A DNA stretch of 64,000 bases, taken from the NCBI GenBank assembly GCA_951406725.2, contig OX597826.1:45818001-45882000 (forward strand). The letters run 5' to 3'. Each line of letters begins with the position of its first letter. The first letter of the stretch is position 1. Of the stretch, positions 12,485 through 25,575 are shown piece by piece. The stretch is from Octopus vulgaris. Its lineage: Eukaryota. Under the pieces are notes generated by a model, which saw nothing but the letters and a program-made list of their open reading frames with translations, searched no databases and was not told the DNA's origin. Both the position numbers and the translations under genes were made by a program.

Positions 12485-13340
12485 GAAGGTTGAAAAGGAA
12501 CACACGAGTTGATATGTATAGGCAATTTAAGACAAGGTAGAAAATGCCGAAATAATTTTAATAAGATAAACTTAGTGGCGCAAATTTCTGTGTGTTCGCT
12601 GAATGCTATTCCCGAATTTTCATCTGGAATCTATGTGGAGCCATCCTTTGATGTACACTTTTTTGGTTTGCCCTGTGTATTGCTCTCGACACCCAGAGCA
12701 AGTTAATACATACGTTTATTAGGTTCTCCGAAGCACATGTCAAGTTGTTTTTCACTGTAAAACGTTGACCCTGTTTGAAAGAGAACTTCGATCCCTCAAT
12801 TAGGTTAACGCATATATCGCTGATAGGTCTTCCGCATTTTTTTTACTGACGGCTTCAGTGTTGTTGTCGAGTGCACTTGGGCTTGTGTTAGGAAACTTTT
12901 CACAGATTTGGGTTGTCTTTTGCTCTTTATTGTGTGCGTTTGGAGGATTAAATTCATTCTGTGGTCCCTTTTTAGTAGAGTTTTGATCTGGCGGATGGTG
13001 CCGAATGCTTCATTGTTAAGAAGGTTGTGTGGGGAGATGTATGGTAGAGCTTTTGGTTGTAAATCCTTCTTTAATTTGGGAAGCCTGAGTTCGTGGATGT
13101 TGAGTTGTAGGGCACATTGAAAACCTATATCAATTAGTGATGTTGGGTAGTTCCTGGTAATGAGTGTATCCGTTAGTTCATGTAGTCGTGTGTTTCTGGT
13201 GCTAGTATTAGAAACTATAGTACAAATCCTCTTTGCTAGGTTGAAATGGATATTCATTCTAGTGTGTCTGGGGTGGCATGTTTTAATGGACGGTATACTA
13301 TATAACTCTAGTACTATCCATATTAGAAGACACAACATAT
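12485..13340 (-). mobile_element. Penelope-like retroelement remnant (RT C-terminus/linker and start of GIY-YIG region)
   Basis: HPRHTRMNIHFNLAKRICTIVS...RNYPTSLID; FTVKNNLTCASENLI; frameshifted. Confidence 0.82.
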
Positions 13341-13735
13341 GAAAAGTCCAACACCACAGTCAGCAGAATATAATGAGAAACCTAAAATCTATGCTGAACC
13401 TATACAGAGAAGGGCTCACTGACAAGGAATACGATTATATGACTAACTTCAAAAGCAAATCCAGGAAAATCCAAGAAATAAACCAAACTCATCAACAAGA
13501 CATTTGAACAGAATGCGATGGATGTGTATAATGATGAACGGAACGCTATTACGTAATTTTTTTTGCTTTTTTGAAAACCGTTTGAGGATATAATGTTAAA
13601 AGTAACTTATACAAAATGGAGGGTAAAGGAAAGAAATAAGTAGAAACGTAATAAATGAGAAATGTAGAGCGACTAGCTTAAGGTGACCCGCTCTACGCGC
13701 GGGTAAGGGTGTGGTTGTTATTTTCTGTTGCATCC

Positions 13736-13945
13736 TTTCGGCACGTAAAAAGCACCATCCGAACGTGGCCGATAGCAGCGCCGCCTTGACTGGCTTCTGT
13801 GCCGGTGGCACGTAAAAAGCACCAACCGATCGTGGCCGCTGCCAGCGCCCCTCCCTCCGTGGTACCTGTGCCGGTGGCAAGAAAAAAAGCACCCACTACA
13901 ATCACGGAGTGGTTGGCTTTAGGAAGGGCATCCAGCTTAGAAAAG
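13736..13945 (+). mobile_element. RTE-related SINE/5' fragment with internal tandem ggcacgtaaaaagcacc units
   Basis: Three ggcacgtaaaaagcacc-like units followed by ggagtggttggctttaggaagggcatccagc. Confidence 0.55.
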
Positions 13946-14169
13946 GCTATAACACGTGTCGGAAGTAAAAGAATTTGAATAACACTAGCGTTTAAATCCA
14001 TTTATTTACTTTTATATATCATACAAAATATTTCACATCAAACCGGAGATTCTACCTTAAAAAACAGGGCATTACGTCTTTATTGCTTGTGTGATTGTTT
14101 GCTGGCCTGATAACTGTTTGTCTATTTATTTCCGGGTTATTTGTAAACAAGGGAAAAATACACACATCC

Positions 14170-14208
<39 letters not shown>

Positions 14209-14701
14209 CATACATACACATATACATACACATATATAAATAAATTAAGTACCAGTTACGCACTGAGGTCGATTACATCGACTTAATCACTTTGTCTGTC
14301 TTTGTTTGTCCCCTCTATGTTTAACCCCTTGTGGGCAATAAAGAAATATATATATACATACACATATACATACATATATACATACATACATACACATATA
14401 CATACATACGTATATAAACATACATAAATGCATGCATACATAAGCACACATACATAGATGTACAGACATAACATGCACGCATGTGCATGTATGTGTATGT
14501 ATATGTATGTGTATCTAGGTGTATGTATATGTATGTATGTATGTATATGTACGTATGTATATATATGTATAAATATATGTACATATATATGTATATATAT
14601 ATATGTATGTATACATACATGTACACATACATATGTGCATGTGTACATATACACATACATAGATATACATACATACACATATATACATACATATACTTAC
14701 A

Positions 14702-14742
<41 letters not shown>

Positions 14743-14945
14743 ACACACATACATATACATACTTAATAGTAAACTTGATTATTAGTATGTGTAGTTGAAT
14801 ATGGTATCGTAAAGTGTACATGTTCAACTCCTAGAACGCTATGACCAGGTGTTTTAACAGGTACTCAAACACTCAAAAGTGGTTGTAATATATCTCGACT
14901 TTGCAAAGTCTGTAGATAAATTCTATCAGGAAATGATATGTCAAA

Positions 14946-14988
<43 letters not shown>

Positions 14989-15560
14989 GTACATACATAT
15001 GTGTATACATATACATATATACGTACATATGTGTATACGTATATAAATACATATGTATATACATACACACATATATATGTATATACATATATACATACAT
15101 ATGTATGTACATATACATATATAAATACATATATGCATACATACAAATATACATACATATACATACACACATACATACACACACATATGGGCACATATGC
15201 ATGCATACACACATACATGCATACACACATATATGTACACACATACATGCATACACACATATGTACACACATACATGCATACACACATATATGTACACAC
15301 ATACATGCATACACACATATGTACACACATACATACACACATGTACACATATACATACATACACACATATGTACACATATACATACATACACACATATGT
15401 ACACATGTACATACATACACATATGTACATATATATCCATACATACACATATGTACATATATCCATACATACACACATATATCCATACATACATACATAC
15501 ACATATATATGTACACATATACATACATACGCACGTGTATGTACATATATACATACATGA
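14170..15560. repeat. Compound TA/CA/TACA microsatellite region containing a family B SINE tail (14250-14347)
   Basis: Low complexity; tail tgtttaaccccttgtgggcaataaagaaa. Confidence 0.85.
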
Positions 15561-15599
15561 GGTGGATTGCAAAAAGACACCCTGTGTTAGAAGAAACAA

Positions 15600-16280
15600 T
15601 CCGATATGTTGCGTACAAAGATATAGTATACAAATCTTATGTGATGAGAAAAGTTCGTTTCATGTCAAAAACAGTGAATGGAAATCCTGAGCAAACTTTA
15701 AAACCCAGCAGAGAAAGACGTTATTTGATTCTTCTCAGATGAGAAAAAAATTTAATCAAGATCAGAAAGTAAACAGAAGAAATGACAGATGGCTATGTAC
15801 AGACCCTTCGGTAAGTTCTAAGAGTAATTAATACAAATTTTCCTGCAACTGTCATGGTTTTGGGGGTTGTCTGCAATGAAGGACATGTGATGCCTCCTCA
15901 CTTTTTTCGCCAAAGTCTTCGAGTAAACTGCTGCCTACATAAATGTTCTGAATTCAGTGGTTAAGACATGAATCGATAATGTACGCAACGGAAGACCTTA
16001 TATGTTTCAACAAGATTTGGCACTAGGTTATAGCAATGCAAGAATGGATGGCAAAAAATTTCCATGACCACATAACCCCTAACATTTGACCTCCTAGCTC
16101 CCCAGATCTCAATCCATTAGACTACTATGTATGAAGCGTAGTTGAGAAAGACGTTAATGAGCACTCTCACAACACCAAATAATCCCTAAAGGCCTCCATA
16201 GTGATAGAAATGTCCAATATGAACACAGACCACTTGAGCCTAGCCGCTATTGAGGCTGAAGGAGACTTTATTGAATAAAA
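15600..16280 (+). pseudogene. Decayed Tc1/mariner (maT-like) transposase
   Basis: FPATVMVLGVVCNEGHVMPPHFF, PYMFQQD, PPSSPDLNPLDYYV motifs with stops and frameshifts. Confidence 0.85.
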
Positions 16281-16297
16281 TGACGAAACAATATGTT

Positions 16298-16507
16298 TAC
16301 TCTTTTACTTGTTTCAGTCATTTGACTGCGGCCATGCTGGAGCACCGCCTTTAGTCGAGAAAAATCAACCTGGGGACTTATTCTTTGTAAGCCCAGTACT
16401 TATTCTATCGGTCTCTTTTGCCGAACTGCTAAGTGACGGGGACGTAAACACACCAGCATCGGTTGTCAAGCAATGCTAAGGAGACAAACACAGACACACA
16501 AACACAT

Positions 16508-16557
<50 letters not shown>

Positions 16558-16708
16558 GACAGGCTTCTTTCAGTTTCCGTCTACCAAATCCACTCACAAG
16601 GCATTGGTCGGCCCGGGTCTATAGCAGAAGACACTTGCCCAAGATTCCACGCAGTGGGACTGAACCCGGAACAATATGGCTGGTTAGCAAGCTACTTACC
16701 ACACAGCC
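16298..16708 (-). mobile_element. SINE family A
   Basis: Reverse complement of 687-1097. Confidence 0.88.
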
Positions 16709-16854
16709 GAAAACCTCTTTTAGTAAAAGGGCATTATTTTTGGTTTCTAAGAGTCATTTTTAAGTATATAACTATCCTCGAGCCTTCCAATAACACTATA
16801 CTTGTTCCACGTCCTCGTGTTGTTGTGTTTTCTCTTTGTGTTTCACGTTTGAAT

Positions 16855-16927
<73 letters not shown>

Positions 16928-17516
16928 AGGCTTCTTTCAATATATATATATAATGGGCTTCTTTCAGTATGTCTGTGTGTGGCTACCGATTGACATTCCA
17001 GGTAGGTTTCTTTACGTTCCCGCAATATAGCAGTTCAGCAAAAGGGACCGATAGAAAAAGTACCAAGCCTTAGGAAGTAAATAATGGGGGCGATCTCCCT
17101 TCATAGCATTCTCCCAGCTTAGCTGCAGTCCAATGACTACAACAAATAAAAGAACACAGAGAAGTTGCACCAACTTCACACGGGGCGTAACAAGAAACGC
17201 CTTCCGCATTAGTGGGCCGACAAACATTTCAGCAGGAACCGTACGGTGTGAACCAGTTTAACCCATAAATGTGATTAAGAATAAAAAATTGTTTCAAGAC
17301 GCTGTTACCGCCTGTTTAACTTCACTAGTAGTAGTAGTAGTAATGTAATATACGGGAAACATTTTCTGCTATACCAGTACAAAATAAATTAATGCGTGGG
17401 CGTGGCCACGTGGTAAGAAGCTTGCTTCCCAACCACATGGTTCCGGGTTTAGCCTTGTGCGTGGATTCAGTTGACGGAAACTGAAAGAAGCCCGTCGTTC
17501 ATTATATATATATATA

Positions 17517-17888
17517 GGCGTAGGAGTGGCTGTGTGGTAAGTAGCTTGTTTACCAACCACATGGTTCCGGGTTTAGTCCCACTGCGTGGCACCTTGGGCA
17601 AGTGTCTTCTACTATAGCCTCGGGCCGTCCAAAGCCTTGTGAGTGGATTTGCTAGACGGAAACTGAAAGAAGCCCGTCGTATATATGTATATATATATAT
17701 GCATGGGTGTGTTTGTGTGTTTGTGTTTGTCCCCCTAGCATTGCTTGACAACCAATGCTGGTGTGTTTATGTCCCCGTTACTTAGCAGTTCGGCAAAAGA
17801 GACCGATAGAATAAGTACTGTGCTCGATTAAAAAAAAATGCGGTGCTCCAGCATGGCCGCAATCAAATGACTGAAACAAGTAAAAGAG

Positions 17889-17890
<2 letters not shown>
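17517..17890 (+). mobile_element. SINE family A (preceded by a deleted older head at 17393-17500)
   Basis: Near identity to 687-1097. Confidence 0.88.
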
Positions 17891-17962
<72 letters not shown>

Positions 17963-18084
17963 GTAAAAATAATTACAGACATGGACAAGAACATGAAACA
18001 CCAAAGAGACGACACAAGAACCACAGGACGGGACATTCGAAGCCCTCAGTCATCAGTCAAGAACCAGATCATCTTAGCAATTTC

Positions 18085-18114
<30 letters not shown>

Positions 18115-18115
<1 letters not shown>

Positions 18116-18389
18116 GGCATTCTTTCGATATAGCTCGACAAAATCAAAATACTTCACTTCGGGTATTTCCGTGGAAGCAAATGGCAGCAGATTCTGTTTT
18201 CTGCGTAGAAATTTGCGGATTTTACATGCACACAGGTAAGAACAAATACACAGGTAAAGACAAATATGCAAGGTAAAGACAAATATGCAAAACATTGCTG
18301 GCATAATTTCGTTATATCTATGCTCCACAACCCACGGAAATACCCGGTGAAATGTTTTGATTTTGTCGAGTTATATCGAAAGAATGCCA
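18115..18389. mobile_element. MITE with ~60-bp TIRs inserted in (TA)n
   Basis: tggcattctttcgatatagctcgacaaaatcaaaa...gggtatttccgtgg versus ccacggaaatacccgg...ttttgattttgtcgagttatatcgaaagaatgcca. Confidence 0.8.
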
Positions 18390-19690
18390 TATATATATAT
18401 ATATATATATATAAGAGAGAGAGAGAGATGTATATGTGTCCGTGTTTGTCCTCCACTATCGCTCGACAACCGATGATGGTGTATTTACGTTCCCGTAAAT
18501 TAGCGGTTCGGCAACAAGAGACCGATAGAATAAGTACTAGGCTTAAATAGAAAGTAAAAGGGCCGATTCATTCGACTAAAAGTTTTCCAAGGCGGTGCTA
18601 CAGAATGGCCGCAGTCTAATGACTGAAACAAGTAAGAGAAGGGAGAGTCGAATTTTACCTGATAATGAGTGGATGTATTTTGCTTCTCATCCTTCTAAAT
18701 CGATAAAATAAAATATCGATTAAGTATTGGATCAGAATCGATTATATCCACCCCCACTCCACTACCAACCACAAAAAGTATGTAAACGTATTATCCATCT
18801 CCAGAAATTAATATAATCGTTTGTTTCGGTTGATGGACTGCAGCCAAGCTGGAGCACCAACTCGGAAGGTCTTCATCGAACGAATCTACTCCAGTACTTA
18901 TTAAGCCCTAGAACTCATTCTGTCGTTTTGGAACTGAACTGCTGTGTTATGTGGGCGTAAACAAACCGAGACCGGTCGTCAAGCAGTGGGGGCTGGGGCG
19001 GAACAAAAAAAGACGCACATACACACGACGGGTTTCTTTGTTTCTGTCTGCTAAATCCACAGGGGTTAAATCGACCCGAGGAAAGAGAAGAAAACACTTG
19101 TCCAAGGTGCCATGCAGTGGGACTGAACCCGGAATTGATTTAGGAATCAAACATCTGATCACAAAGCCATGCCTTTAATCTTGTCTCATTCTCAAAGCGG
19201 AATAGAAGCCTATATGAATGATTTTATTTCAGATATGTATATCCTGTGTTCGAATCTCGCTGTAGTCGAGTTCCGTCGAGGTCGACTTTACCTTTCATCT
19301 TTTTGGGGTCGTTAAAATAAGTACCAGTGAAACACTGGGATAGATATAATCGACTCATTCCCTCTCTCCAAATTACTGCCTTTGTGGCAAAATTTGAAGC
19401 CATCATTATTATTATAATCATCATCATCATTATTATTGATAATAAAAATAATAATAATCAGTAGTAGTAGTGAAGGTGGAGGAAACCAGGTTATCCAATG
19501 TGTTCCTTTGTTTTCTATGAGGATAAATATGACTTTGAGGGAAATTCGGTTGCTATTTCTCGCACGTCGAACGATCTGAGAGAGACATCCTCATTGAGTT
19601 TTCGTTTATTCTAAGTGAAACCCAAACCAGTCTGTTACACACACATTAATACACACAAAGACTAGCACACGCACACACACACACACACGT

Positions 19691-19755
<65 letters not shown>

Positions 19756-20747
19756 TATACATACATACATACATACATACACGTTTGCAAATAGGAATAA
19801 ACGGTTCGTTAAGACAGATCTTACAAACCCATTAATTAACAATTTGTTGGCCAACTTCTTTGGAGAACAACTGAGAACATTCTTTAATGAACGTTTGATC
19901 AGGATTGAGAGTGACTCGTAGAAGAAGTAGGGTCATCAGTGAAGGCTACAAGACTACCATTGAGTCTGTCTTAGCTTTCAGAATTAAAACTACTTAAAGC
20001 AAATCATTAGAGAAAAAAAAAGTACAGAAAAAATAAGTTACTGGCTGACAGAGGAAAAGGAGAAAAATTAACGGCTGGTGTTTAAATTGCGGGTTTGTTG
20101 TGACAATTAATCGCTAATATAGAGAGTTAATAAGGTTAGTTAAATGGCAGTGAGAACTTTACAAACAATTGATCAGGAAATCTGTTGTCTGTCAATAAGA
20201 AATGAAACGTTTTCTTATCGCGATTTCTATGTAACTACACTCTCTAGAAAGATTACCTTTATAATAATTTAAAACGAATAAAATTTGGCTGAAAGAAAAG
20301 AAAAGAAAAGAAAAGAAATGATAAATATGAAGATTTCTAGTTTTTGGCACAGCGCCTGTACTTTTAAGGTACGTCGATTAATTACATCGATCCACTAGAT
20401 TTCAACATGTACTTATTTTATCGACCTTGAAAGGATGAAAGGCAAAGTCGATCTCGGTGGAATTTGAACGTAGAACGTCGAAGTGGACGAAATGCCCGGC
20501 GTGCTAACGATTCTGCCAGCTCGCCGCCTTCTAATAATAAATTTGTGTTTCTAATTTTAGCAGAAGTCCAGAAATTTTGGAGGAAGTCGACTACACCTGC
20601 CCTCAGTGGTTAACTGGTACTTTGCCTTTCATCCTGAAAAGATGAAAGGCAAAGTCGACAGCGGCGGAATTCGAACGAAGAATTTAATAATAATAATAAT
20701 AGTAAAAAAAAAAAATCCCTATAAATAGTGTTTATTTTTTTTTTTCA

Positions 20748-20891
20748 AGGCGCAGGAGTGGCTGTGTGGTAAGTAGCTTGTTTACCGACCACATGGTTCC
20801 GGGTTCAGTCCCACTTGGGGAAGTGTCTAGCCTCGGGCCGACCAAAGCCTTGTGAGTGGATTTGGTAGACGGAAACTGAAAGAAGCCCGTC

Positions 20892-20937
<46 letters not shown>

Positions 20938-21135
20938 ATGTGTTTGTCCCCCTAGCATTGCTTGACAACCGATGCTGGTGTGTTTATGTCCCCGTTACTT
21001 AGCGGTTCGGCAAAAGAGACCGATAGAATAAGTACTGGGCTTACAAAAGAATAAGTCCCGGGGTCGAGTTGCTCGATTAAATGCGGTGCTCCAGCATGGC
21101 CGCAGTCAAATGACTGAAACAAGTAAAAGAGTAAA
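20748..21135 (+). mobile_element. SINE family A with small internal deletion
   Basis: Near identity to 687-1097. Confidence 0.88.
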
Positions 21136-21464
21136 AGAGAGAGAGTAAGAGTAAAACTAACATCAACATTAGTTCTCTGGTAGCAGTTAATTAAGGATGA
21201 ATGAAAATGCACAAGAATTTTCCTAAGACATACTTTGATCCAATATAAATACAGTTTGTTAATATACATTTTAATAAACACCGCATGAAAATAATACATG
21301 AACATTCTATTGCTAGTTTGATAACATTCTTTGTGTGTGTGGTACTAATAACCTGGTGTAGAACTCAATATACGTATACTTCTGAACGAAGCGTTGATCG
21401 AGTACAGAGCGATGATAAGAACCAAGAGGACAAAGGAATAAATCGATTTATTCCTTTATCACTT

Positions 21465-21520
<56 letters not shown>

Positions 21521-22914
21521 CTGTGTGTGTATATATAGTATGTAGATGTCAGTGAAGGACTAATTAATGCTAAAATAAAAAGAAGGAAACATGAAGCAAA
21601 CGAGAAATGGTAATTAACAAGTAATTAAAAAAAAAAAGGAAATAAATGTTGAAATACCTGCGTCTTTGACAATGTGATCGTTCCAGTAAGCGATAGAAGC
21701 AGAAAAAATAACTTTAGGCCCATCGCGTGTGCGTTTGTGTGTGTATTGCAGTTAACTTATTGATAAGAGTCGCAAGGTGGGTATACACACTTCTCACGTA
21801 GTAACAGTTAAATGGTATAGAAAAAAGTTGTCAAATGGAAATTGAATATTTACACTAATCTCTTGTCACGTGATAGCAATTTACGCTTTCATTGGTTTAA
21901 GTTAGTCGCGATTTAGTGAAAAAGTTTAGTCGGCAGAGATTTTTCTTACTGCTTTCTTTTTTTTTTCTTTCTGTTGTTTCTTTGATATTTCTCTCTGTCT
22001 TTCTCTCTCTCTCTCGAGAAGAAAAGCGGCGTGAAATGAAGTGTTTGTCAACTGAACTAGGAAGTATTCTTCGAGTTAACTTTTTCAAAGTGAGAGTATA
22101 CGGTTGATTGTTATCTATGTTTTATATAAGATCTCTCGCCCTCTGACCAAGCGATGCGGCCTCAATCCGCCCACATAAGGATGTCACGTTGGAATATTTT
22201 GAGTCATGATACCCTTAAGCTAAAACTGAGATTATAATCAAACGTTATACGAGTACGAGAGATGAGGCTGGGTGGCAGAGCCGACGATGATTTACAGCTG
22301 ACGACAGTTCGAAAAATTTCAAGGGTGGCAGACGATAATAAGTAAATACAGCCACCCAAAGTTAATTTGGCTCGCTGCTGCTATGTAATATAGTTTTCCA
22401 CAACTTAGGCAAACTTTCATCTCCCCTTCCTTTTTATTTATTTATTATTTACTTATATACTTATTTTTCGTGCTTTCTTCCATCGCTTTATTGCAATAAC
22501 TTTTACCAAACCCATTGGTCTGAATGTCATCTCACTATAAGATTATTTCTTGGGAGTTTTTCATCTTTCATCAAGCGAAATTTAAAGTAAAATAATCTAA
22601 AAAATCTCAATGAGAAAAATCTAAAATGAGAAAAAAATGAAAGTTTATCTTTTTAAAAATGATTTCAGTTGTTGGACTGCGGTCAGGCTCCCGCACCACC
22701 TTGATGGATTTTAGTCGGATAAATGGGTCCCAGTACTAATACTTTTATTCAATTTTTTTTTAAAGTTTTGGACTTATTGAATCGGTCTCTCCTGCCGAAT
22801 GGGAATGAAAACAAACCAGCACCAGCCGTCAAGCAATGGTGCGCGGGTGTGTTTGCATGTGTGACAAAAACACATGAATTTGGTTGACCGAAACTACGTG
22901 GAAGCCCGTCGTAA

Positions 22915-22949
<35 letters not shown>

Positions 22950-22952
<3 letters not shown>

Positions 22953-23302
22953 TCTTTTACTAGTTTCAGTCATTTGATTGCGGCCATGCTGGAGCACCGC
23001 CTTTAGTCGAGCAAATCGACCCCAGTACTTATTTTTTGCCGAACCGCTAAGTTACGGGGACGTAAACACACCAGCATCGGTTGTCAAGCGATGTTGGGGT
23101 GGGGTGGGGACAAACACAGACACGCACACACAGACACACACACACATATATATATCAATTTCCGTCTACCAAATCCACTCACAAGGCTTTGGTCGGCCCG
23201 AGGCTATAGTAGCAGACACTTGCCGAAGGTGCCACGCAGCGGGACTGAACCCGGAACCATGTGGCTGGTAAGCAAGCTACTTACCACACAGCCACTCCTG
23301 CG

Positions 23303-23304
<2 letters not shown>
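22950..23304 (-). mobile_element. SINE family A
   Basis: Reverse complement of consensus. Confidence 0.87.
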
Positions 23305-23348
<44 letters not shown>

Positions 23349-24294
23349 TTTACAACGGGCTTCCATGCGCGCTCACCGTTGCTTGATGACCGGTGTTGAT
23401 TTGTTTACATCCCCCCATAACTTATTGATTCGACAAAAGAGACCGGTTGAATAAGTACTAGACTTAAAAATAAAAAAAAAATGTATAAGTACTGGGAACC
23501 ATTTATCCGACTAAAACCTATTGAGGTGGTGCGGAGCCTGACCGCAGTCCAACGACTGAAACAATTCTTAAAATGATAAAATTTCATTTTTTCTCAATTT
23601 AGATCTTTATCTTTTAGATTTTTTAGATTTTTTTTCTTTGAATTTCGCTTGATGAAAGATGAACATTTCCTAGAAATAATCTTAGATTGAGATGACATTC
23701 AGACCGTTTGGAAAATTTTATTGAAATAAAACGAAGAAAGAAAGCATGAAAAATAAGTATATAAGTAAATAATAAATAAATGAAAGGGGAAGGGAAGATG
23801 AGTTTGCTGAAATCGTGGAAAACTGTATTCTGCAATTTTTGCTGAACAATAACACAAAAGATTTGTTTATAATGATCAAATGTTTGTGTTTACATATGCT
23901 CACTCTCTCCATCAAAGCGACCTTACCTCTTGAGGTGCACGGCGTGCCACATGTCAGATCACAAAATGATCGCAGAGCAACGTGAAATGAAGTGTTTTGC
24001 TCAAGAACACAACGCAACGCCCGTTCTGGGAATCGAAACCATTATCTCGCAATCGTGAGTGTAATACCCTAACCACTAAAGAATGCGCCTACACACACAC
24101 GAACACATATATATATACACACATGTATATATATATTTCTGTACACTCACATTTATATATATTTGTGTACACACAGAGCAGGCTTTACACAATGTCCGTT
24201 TACCAAATAATAATTTTGATTCCGCCTTACGTTCTGAGTTCAAATTCAGTCGGAGTCGACTTTTGCATTTCATCTTTTCGAGATCGATAAAATA

Positions 24295-24512
24295 CGAGGG
24301 GATGCTGAAAAGTTCCTGGCCTTAAAGATGTTACGAAAAGGCCCGGTTGGAGGCCCAAACTTACAAGTTCTTTTATAGTGTTTAAAAAAACTGAAGGAAC
24401 GCCACACTATTTGTGTGAATCTGAGAGGGGAATATGTTGAATAAAATCATAATTAACTGATCTTTCTGTATTTCCTTTTATCCAAAGCTAGGAACTTTTC
24501 AGCACCCCGTCG
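24295..24512. mobile_element. Mariner-type MITE inserted at a TA inside a family B SINE
   Basis: TA-cgagggatgctgaaaagttcctggc ... gctaggaacttttcagcaccccgtcg-TA; SINE core resumes on both sides. Confidence 0.82.
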
Positions 24513-24798
24513 TAGGTACTAGCTGAACACCAGTTGACTCAATCGATTTACCTTTTCGCCAAAACCACTGGACTTGTGCCAAAATTTGAGGCACATCTAA
24601 AACTCCACGAGGCTCCGGCAAGGGGTGGTGACGATGCCTGTTGTACTCTTTCGCCACAACTTTCTCTCATTCTTTCTTCTGTTGGCCTGCTCGCTTAGCC
24701 AGCGGGGTGGCGTCATTTGAAGGCTAAACCAATGCGAAGCACATTGTGCCAGCGATGTGTAGCAACTTCTGATTGCCTGGTCGGTCACGGTGATCACG

Positions 24799-24838
<40 letters not shown>

Positions 24839-24865
24839 CACACACATGATGGGCTTCCTCACTGT

Positions 24866-25090
24866 TTCTTATTTCTTTATTGCCCACAAGGGGCTAAATA
24901 TAGTGAGGACAGACAAAGGGATTAAGTCGATTACATCGATCCCAGTGTGTAATTGGTACTCAATTTATCGACCCCGAAAGGATGAAAGGCAAAGTCGACC
25001 TCGGCGGAATTTGAACTCAGAACGTAGCTGCAGACGAAATACCGCTAAGTATTTCGTCCAGCGTGCTAACGTTTCTGCCAGCTCGCCGCC
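24866..25090 (-). mobile_element. SINE family B, Tx1-tail variant
   Basis: Reverse complement of 29138-29368. Confidence 0.85.
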
Positions 25091-25575
25091 TTCCTTACTG
25101 TTTCTGTCTACCCACTTCACCCACAAAGTATTGGTCAGCCCAGCGCTTTAGTTACAGACACTTGCCCTAAGTGACGCACTGTGGGAACACGAAACCCCGT
25201 GGTTGCAAAGCGTACTTCTTAACGAAACTGCTGTCTGCTCCTATAAAATTATTGGGTTGGTATTTTGACCGTCGCTACGTTCTGAGTTCAAATTCCGCTG
25301 AGGTCGATTTTGCCTTTGACCCTTTCGGAGTTGATAAAATAAGTACCAGTAAAACACCGAGGATGAAGTAATCGATTAGTCCCCACCCCTTACAATTTCG
25401 GGCTTTGTACCTATAGTAGAAAGAATTATTATTACCTCCACCTTAACGAAGGCAGAGGTATTGTTTTCAGTCGTGTTTGTCCGTGGACTTTCAAGAACCG
25501 CTGGATGGGTTCGGATGAAACTTTCAGAGATGTTTGGCCTCGTGACTGGCACGAACTCATTAGATTTTTAGGATC

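Noticed and set aside
9985-15742. Long [12 protein letters not shown] ORFs (also 37500-38200, 46400-47100, 50200-51600, 61200-62100)
   Set aside because: Translations of microsatellites, which lack stop codons in several frames; not genes.
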